A DNA stretch of 34,045 bases from Methanomicrobia archaeon LH_S13 (GTDB lineage: Archaea > Halobacteriota > Syntropharchaeia > Alkanophagales > Methanospirareceae). Each line of letters opens with the position of its first letter. The stretch's first letter is position 1. Positions 27,860-34,045 of the stretch are shown here, piece by piece. The notes below the pieces were generated by a model. It did not search any database and was not told the DNA's origin. It was given only the letters and a program-made list of their open reading frames with translations. The DNA lies in assembly GCA_023659785.1 (NCBI GenBank), contig JAGXOR010000003.1:1-34045 (forward strand), given 5' to 3'. The translations under genes and the position numbers were made by a program.

Positions 27860-30430
27860 ATGAAGAAAGAGGGTTTTCTACTGGACATTGATTACATAAC
27901 GGAAAAAGACGAAGATAAGAAAGAAAAGCCAGTGATAAGACTATGGTGCAAGAGCAAAGAGGGAGAGGATTTTAGGGTGTTAGACAAAAATTTCGAGCCT
28001 TATTTTTACGCTTTTCCGTATTCTTACTCCCCTCATTTTTATGTATGGGATACAGAGAGAGCGGAGGAGGAGCTGGAAGAAAAGAAGAAATTAGTAGAAA
28101 AAATTTGTGTGGATAGAGCAGATGAGGAAATAAGAGTTAAACGAGTGGAATTTTGCCAGAAGAAATTACTTGGTGTTGATCGAAGCGTGTTGAAAATTTT
28201 CGCTACGCATCCGCGACATGTTCCACTACTGCGAGAAGCAGTCAGAAAAGCGGGTCTTACCGTCTTGGAAGCAGATATCCTGTTTGCAATTAGATACTTG
28301 ATAGACAAACAACTCAAACCTTTCGGCGGTGTAAAAGCGGAAGGAGAAGAAGTAGAGTTTGGTCATGCGAATACGGGAGGAAAAGAGGCTATTTTTGCTT
28401 CAAAAGTATCATACAAAAAGATGAATGGGGGAAGCTTACCGCAGCTAAGAATCCTTGCTTTTGACTCTGAAATGGCTACGCGGAGTGGGCATGGGATGCC
28501 ATCCCCAAAAAGGGACCCTATCATAATTATTTCTGTTGCATACTCCGAAAGGGGAGGGAACAAAGTCAAGACAAAGCTATTTGTGACGGAAGAAGGAGAA
28601 GGAGCGGAAGACGGGGATAAAAAAGTAATAACAGAATTTGTGAATTTTGTAAATCAAATGCAGCCGGATGTTATCGTGGGCTATAATTCTGACGCTTTTG
28701 ATTGGCAATACCTGAAGGAAAGAGCGAGATTGCATGGGATTCGTTTAACCGTGGGTGCTGATAGCAGCACGGTGCGGTATGAAAAGGAGAGGCGGGGCGC
28801 GTTGCCTGCGGTAAACATCACGGGACGGCTGAACGTTGACCTTTTTAAGCTTGCAAAGCGCGACTTAAGCAGCGTGAAGGTGAAGAAATTAGAAAATGTA
28901 GCAGAATACCTTGGCGTGCTGAATAAAAGCGGGAGAGTAAATTTAACGCCAAGGGAGATTACTGACTACTGGGTTGACGCTTCCCCTTCTTCTTTTGCAC
29001 GACAGCAGTTATACAAGTACGCAAAGGCGGATGCGGTCAGCGCGCTGGGAATCGCGGAGAAGATGCTGCCAATGCAAATTGAGCTTTCTAAGATGATAGG
29101 CTATCCACTGGATGAGTTAGCAAAGATGGGGCGAGGAAGGCAAGTGGAAGCATTTTTAACAGCAGAAGCATTTAAAAAAGGCGAACTGGTTCCACCGAAA
29201 CGCGGAGGTGAAAAGACATTCGAAGGCGGTTTCGTGCTTCCGCCGGAAAAGGGATTGCATGAAGATGTCATCTCTCTCGACTTCTCTTCTATGTACCCTA
29301 CCATCATGATCTCCTTCAACATCTCTCCTGATACTTTTGTAGAACCGGGAAGTGCAGAACATGAATCTGATTTATATGTCGCACCAGAGGTAGGGCACGC
29401 GTTCAGAAAAGCTCCGGATGGATTCTTTAAAAGAATAATGAGCGATTTGATTGTGAGAAGAAAAGCGATAAAGGCGGAAATGAAGAAATATGACAAAAAT
29501 TCGGCTCAATATCGGTTGTTGGACATACAGCAGCAGAGTATCAAAATCCTCACGAACAGCTTTTATGGATATACCGGGTGGAACGCGGCGAAATTTTACA
29601 AGCGAGAATGCGCTGAAGCAACAACGGCATGGGGGCGACATTTTATAAAGCGAGCGGTAGAAGTGGCGGAGGAACTTGGATTTGAGGTTATCTACGGAGA
29701 TACTGATAGTATATTCGCGAAACTTCCGCCTGAACTTGAGTTGGAAGGGGATAGGAGAACAGGGATATTGAAAAAGGCGTGGGAAGTTTCGGACCGTATT
29801 TCAGAAGAGCTCCCTCTTGAACTCGAGATACAGGATTTCCACAAGTCTATTTTCTTTACGGGAAAGAAGAAGAGGTATGCCGCGCTCACAGATAAAGGAG
29901 AAATTGTAGCTCGCGGCTTGGAAGTGCGCAGAGGGGACTGGTGCGAGCTGGCGAAGGAAGTACAGACGAAAGTGATAGAGGTGATATTAAAGGAAAAAGC
30001 CCCTGCTGTTGCTATAAAATATGTTAAAACAGTCATACAGGACATAAAAGAAGGCAAAACATCCGTTGACAAGCTTACAATTTACAAGACGCTAACCAGA
30101 AAGATAAGTAGCTATGAGACGAAGCAAGCGCACGTTATAGCAGCAGAAAGGGCTTTGGCTTCTCATATAGCCTATGAAGTGGGTTCAAAAGTGCCTTATG
30201 TGATAATAAAAGGCGCGGGGAAGACAAGTGACCGTGCTTTCCCCTTGGCTATTATAGAGAGAAGCGAAGGGAACGAAATAACCGCAGAGGGGATAGCATA
30301 CCAAATTGACAGCTCTTATTACGTCCAACATCAGGTGATACCCGTTGCGCACAGAGTGTTGCAACATTTTGGCTATGGGCTATCCTCTTTTGATGATATG
30401 AGGCAGAAGACATTAGGTCATTGGTTTTGA
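27860..30430 (+). CDS. polB: Family B DNA polymerase (PolB3 type)
   Basis: Exo motifs AFDSE and GYNSDAFD; SLDFSSMYPTIM, KILTNSFYGY, YGDTDS, KKRYA, RGLE.RRGDW; C-terminal PIP box QKTLGHWF. Confidence 0.97.
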   Translation: MKKEGFLLDIDYITEKDEDKKEKPVIRLWCKSKEGEDFRVLDKNFEPYFYAFPYSYSPHFYVWDTERAEEELEEKKKLVEKICVDRADEEIRVKRVEFCQKKLLGVDRSVLKIFATHPRHVPLLREAVRKAGLTVLEADILFAIRYLIDKQLKPFGGVKAEGEEVEFGHANTGGKEAIFASKVSYKKMNGGSLPQLRILAFDSEMATRSGHGMPSPKRDPIIIISVAYSERGGNKVKTKLFVTEEGEGAEDGDKKVITEFVNFVNQMQPDVIVGYNSDAFDWQYLKERARLHGIRLTVGADSSTVRYEKERRGALPAVNITGRLNVDLFKLAKRDLSSVKVKKLENVAEYLGVLNKSGRVNLTPREITDYWVDASPSSFARQQLYKYAKADAVSALGIAEKMLPMQIELSKMIGYPLDELAKMGRGRQVEAFLTAEAFKKGELVPPKRGGEKTFEGGFVLPPEKGLHEDVISLDFSSMYPTIMISFNISPDTFVEPGSAEHESDLYVAPEVGHAFRKAPDGFFKRIMSDLIVRRKAIKAEMKKYDKNSAQYRLLDIQQQSIKILTNSFYGYTGWNAAKFYKRECAEATTAWGRHFIKRAVEVAEELGFEVIYGDTDSIFAKLPPELELEGDRRTGILKKAWEVSDRISEELPLELEIQDFHKSIFFTGKKKRYAALTDKGEIVARGLEVRRGDWCELAKEVQTKVIEVILKEKAPAVAIKYVKTVIQDIKEGKTSVDKLTIYKTLTRKISSYETKQAHVIAAERALASHIAYEVGSKVPYVIIKGAGKTSDRAFPLAIIERSEGNEITAEGIAYQIDSSYYVQHQVIPVAHRVLQHFGYGLSSFDDMRQKTLGHWF

Positions 30431-30500
30431 TGGTGTTCCAGTGGTCAAATAACCGAAAAGCTTATATACCCCCCTTCATTATGTAATCATGGTGATGAAA

Positions 30501-30707
30501 ATGGCTGAACTACCCATAGCACCTGTAACCAGGTTGATGAGAAACGCCGGGGCAGAGAGAGTAAGCGAAGATGCAAGTAAGGCATTAGTTGAGGTAATAG
30601 AAGAATACGGCGAAAAAGTAGCAATGAATGCCGTAAGCCTCGCTGAGCATGCCGGAAGGAAGACAGTGAAAAAAGAAGACATCACGGAAGCAATACGGAA
30701 GCAATAA
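30501..30707 (+). CDS. Archaeal histone (HMf family)
   Basis: MAELPIAPVTRLMRNAGAERVSEDA...HAGRKTVKKEDI; TTATATA box at ~30462 and GGTGA RBS. Confidence 0.95.
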   Translation: MAELPIAPVTRLMRNAGAERVSEDASKALVEVIEEYGEKVAMNAVSLAEHAGRKTVKKEDITEAIRKQ

Positions 30708-30754
30708 AAAAAGTTGAATAGTGGGGAAATATAAAATTTACCCCCTTTTTTTTT
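30706..30754. terminator. Probable bidirectional terminator between histone and nadM
   Basis: A-run, GGGG...CCCC stem, then a 10-T run between convergent genes. Confidence 0.55.
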
Positions 30755-30792
30755 CGACTGTAAAACAGGGGAAGCAGGTAGCTAAATCTTAT

Positions 30793-31308
<516 letters not shown>

Positions 31309-31311
31309 TCA

Positions 31312-31617
31312 TCACTCCTTTATAATTACCACTCTCAGCAAATATACGACAACAGCGATAACGCATGCCACGAAACCTGCTTGCACCAAAGAGCGGTATT
31401 CGTACTCGAATAGCGTGGAAGCGGCATCCATGGCGTAGAAATAGAATTGAAAGATAGCCACGGCAAGTAAGATCATGAGAATTATGAAAACACCGAGCCG
31501 GAAATACCTGAAAATATCATCTGATGCGAATCTCTCTTTTTTCTCCTTTACACCCTCATACTCTTCTCTCTCCTCTTTTTTTCTTTTTTCGTTCTCTTTC
31601 TCCATTCCCTTTCTCAC
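31312..31617 (-). CDS. Small two-helix membrane protein
   Basis: Charged N-terminus and two hydrophobic segments; overlaps the stop of the upstream PGF-CTERM gene. Confidence 0.65.
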   Translation of the reverse strand: MRKGMEKENEKRKKEEREEYEGVKEKKERFASDDIFRYFRLGVFIILMILLAVAIFQFYFYAMDAASTLFEYEYRSLVQAGFVACVIAVVVYLLRVVIIKE

Positions 31618-31983
31618 ACCTTCCCTCTTCTTTTCTTTAGCAGTAAAATAAATGCGACAAAGAGCGCAAAGGCTGCGTATAAAGTTTCAAAGCCCGGTGC
31701 CTCCCGTGCTGCCGGTGCTGGGGTAGGATAAGGTGCAGGCTTAGGGACTGAGGCGCTTGGACGAATAAAATCAGTAATTTCTACCTTTGGTGAAATCTCC
31801 ACCGTCTTCTCTTTCGCTTCTTTTACTACTGTTCTGTTCACAAAAGGACTTAATAGAACCATCCCACTACTTTCTTTTATTATCCTTTCTGATTGCCAGG
31901 TTTGCTACTAACGCAATAAGTACTAAGAATGCCAAAACTACCGCAGCAGTTGCAATTGTCAGTTGTTTCCCCTGCAAGTCCAT
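31614..31983 (-). pseudogene. PGF-CTERM (archaeosortase-sorted) surface protein, internally deleted
   Basis: Signal/anchor peptide MDLQGKQLTIATAAVVLAFLVLIALVA from 31983, a stop, then in another frame a Pro-rich linker and APGFETLYAAFALFVAFILLLKKRR. Confidence 0.65.
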
Positions 31984-32070
31984 AACCTCTTTTTATTTTT
32001 ACTTCTTTATATATATTTAAATATTCGTATATTACTATTGTTAATAGGGCATATTAGGGGTGAGAAAAAA

Positions 32071-32592
32071 ATGGCTGATCTAAAAGGGAAGAAGATTTTA
32101 ATGGTTGTAGCGCCGGGAAATTTCCGTGATGAGGAACTGAAGGAACCAATGGGTGTTTTTACTCGGTCGGGAGCAGAGGTAACAATCGCTTCAAAGGGGG
32201 TTACTCGAGCCACAGGAATGTTTGGTGCGGAAATAAAAGTGGATAAAAATTTAGAAGAGGTTAGTGCCGAGGAGTATGATGCGGTGATTTTTGTTGGAGG
32301 TTCTGGAGCAGATGTGTACTTCGATGATTCAAGAGCCCATGAGTTAGCCGCCAATGCGCTTAAAGGGGGAAAAATTGTATCAGCGATTTGCATAGCTCCT
32401 TCAACGTTAGCAAACGCGGGATTGCTAAAAGGGAAAAAGGCGACTTCTTTCAGCTCGGAAAAGAAAAATTTGAAAAGAAAAGGTGCCGATTATACGGGAG
32501 CTGCAGTTGAGCGAGATGGACGAATAATCACGGGAAGGGGACCAGAAGCAGCCGAAGAATTTGGCAATGTGGTGGCATCAGCTTTGGAATAA
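32071..32592 (+). CDS. DJ-1/PfpI family protein
   Basis: FRDEE, YDAVIFVGGSG, nucleophile elbow AICIAP, DGRIITG.GP. Confidence 0.9.
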   Translation: MADLKGKKILMVVAPGNFRDEELKEPMGVFTRSGAEVTIASKGVTRATGMFGAEIKVDKNLEEVSAEEYDAVIFVGGSGADVYFDDSRAHELAANALKGGKIVSAICIAPSTLANAGLLKGKKATSFSSEKKNLKRKGADYTGAAVERDGRIITGRGPEAAEEFGNVVASALE

Positions 32593-32607
32593 GAGGGCTG
32601 GTAGAAT

Positions 32608-33153
32608 ATGGCTGTCGTTGTATTTTTGGCTACGGGATTTGAAGAGATAGAAGCCATGAGTATTGTGGACACACTCAGAAGGGCGGAGATAGAGGTTGTG
32701 ATTGCAAGTCTTCAAACGGGCGCTATCGCAGGCGGACATGGGGTTAAGGTGGTTCCGGATAGACAAATAGAAGGGATTAATATCGAGGATTTTGATGCGG
32801 TCGTTTTGCCCGGTGGGTCTCCCGGGTACGTGAATCTGGGTAACGACAAGCGCGTTTTAGATGCGGTAAAAAAAGCATTTGAACTCGGTAAAGTCGTTGC
32901 AGCTATTTGCGGTGCGCCTTCTGTGTTGGCAAAAACGGGGATTTTAGAAGGCAAGAAAGTGACGATTTATCCTGGATTGGAAACCGAACTGAGGGGAGCG
33001 AAATCCGTAAATGAGCGAGTTGTGGTTGATGGTAAGATAGTCACCAGCCAAGGTCCCGGAACTGCGCTCGAATTCAGCGTTAAACTGGTTGAGGTATTAG
33101 CCGGAGAGAAAGGGGCGCAAGAACTTAAAGATGAACTCGTAGCGAATTTGTAG
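32608..33153 (+). CDS. DJ-1/YajL (ThiJ) family protein
   Basis: GFEEIEA..VDTLRRA, LPGG.PG, AAICGAP, TSQGPGTA. Confidence 0.9.
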   Translation: MAVVVFLATGFEEIEAMSIVDTLRRAEIEVVIASLQTGAIAGGHGVKVVPDRQIEGINIEDFDAVVLPGGSPGYVNLGNDKRVLDAVKKAFELGKVVAAICGAPSVLAKTGILEGKKVTIYPGLETELRGAKSVNERVVVDGKIVTSQGPGTALEFSVKLVEVLAGEKGAQELKDELVANL

Positions 33154-33225
33154 ATGTAGTAAAAGTAAATGAGGAAGAATGAAAATAAGGTGAAGTAAGA
33201 CAAAAAAATAAAAAAGGGAGGATAA

Positions 33226-33870
33226 TTAATATCCTCCAAATCCTGGTCCTGTCGGTAGTGGGAATGGTTGTCCGGGAAACGGTCCTAGCATCGAAGGTAC
33301 AAATGCGGTAAATAGTGCTACGAAAAGTATTACTGGTATAATTATTGCTAGAATTACCGCAAGAATTGCCCTGCCTGTTGATAGCTCTTGAAGCTCTCTT
33401 ATGCCAATGACTTGCACGATGACTGCCCATGGCATGAATGCCAATAAAAGATTCGGTGTTGCACCATACATTATTGCTTTTATTGTCTGTGCTACTCCTT
33501 TTCTACCTCCAACGAGGAATACCCAGATGTGTGTCCAGAGACCACCAATAAAGGCGCTGATTATTCCTCCAATAAGCACCGAAACAAAGAAGAGCACAAA
33601 AAGAAGTATCGCCACCAAAGGGCCAATCGCTCCTATGAAAGGTAGCATGCGCGCTGATATTCCTGGTATTTGCGGTATAAGCGGCATAATGACCGACAAC
33701 AACGTTCCAATATATATGGAAATGAAAGTTCCGAAAATCGCTGCAAAAATCGCCAGAATGACAACTAAATATGTAATGGAATCGCCGAGTGTGTCTCCCT
33801 TGGAGGCGTCGAAGGTAGCTGAGGGCCTGAACAAGAACCCCTGTATTCTTTCTTCTATACTTAACACCAT
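33226..33870 (-). CDS. YIP1 family membrane protein
   Basis: FLFRPSATF, HIWVFLVGGRKG..QT.KA.MYGATP, GIRELQELSTGRA; multiple TM segments. Confidence 0.8.
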   Translation of the reverse strand: MVLSIEERIQGFLFRPSATFDASKGDTLGDSITYLVVILAIFAAIFGTFISIYIGTLLSVIMPLIPQIPGISARMLPFIGAIGPLVAILLFVLFFVSVLIGGIISAFIGGLWTHIWVFLVGGRKGVAQTIKAIMYGATPNLLLAFMPWAVIVQVIGIRELQELSTGRAILAVILAIIIPVILFVALFTAFVPSMLGPFPGQPFPLPTGPGFGGY

Positions 33871-34045
33871 TTTGTTTCACCTAAATAACCAAATATAAAT
33901 CGCGCCTTATAAAGTTTTCGGTTGTATTCGCCTTTTGGACAGAAATAGCTAGCTAATCCCTTATCTTCATAAAAACTTCCGGAAGGCGATTCATGCGTGT
34001 TCGGTTAAGTAACCCATCGCTCCATCAGCCTCTCCCGCTTAACAT

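Noticed and set aside
30435-30450. GTTCCAGTGG resembling an ORB origin box near polB/histone
   Set aside because: Single partial match lacking the GAAA and G-string, with no cdc6/orc1 gene and no inverted partner.
31860-31875. In-frame TAG as a pyrrolysine readthrough site
   Set aside because: Readthrough stays out of frame with the PGF-CTERM tail and soon stops; a deletion explains it better.
33950-34045. Possible gene end at the window edge (minus strand)
   Set aside because: Too short to assign a frame or product.

Overview
Archaeal chromosomal window from a methane/alkane-metabolising euryarchaeon. Methanogenesis markers 2 and 3, CofH, SepCysS, an archaeal histone, MCM and PolB support this; assignment to ANME-1/Methanophagales is inference. 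It is mostly housekeeping genes, interrupted by eroded accessory patches: VapBC remnants, two IS200/IS605 tnpB relics, a thiD fragment, a radC plus collapsed type III R-M locus, and a collapsed Trk/CPA2 ion-transport operon. Two observations stand out. (1) A tRNA-punctuated unit tRNA-Phe > pyrI > tRNA-Ala > coaBC, in which the pyrI stop codon shares its last base with G1 of tRNA-Ala and both tRNAs end 2-5 nt before the next ATG. (2) A ~315-bp element in two copies, bounded by GG dinucleotides, with phased TAAG left-end repeats, a TATA box and the extreme C-terminal tip of a TnpB-related gene. One copy splits a restriction-subunit reading frame exactly, consistent with a non-autonomous IS607-type cassette that could express a guide (omega) RNA. 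Family assignments come from motif recognition only; no searches were run.
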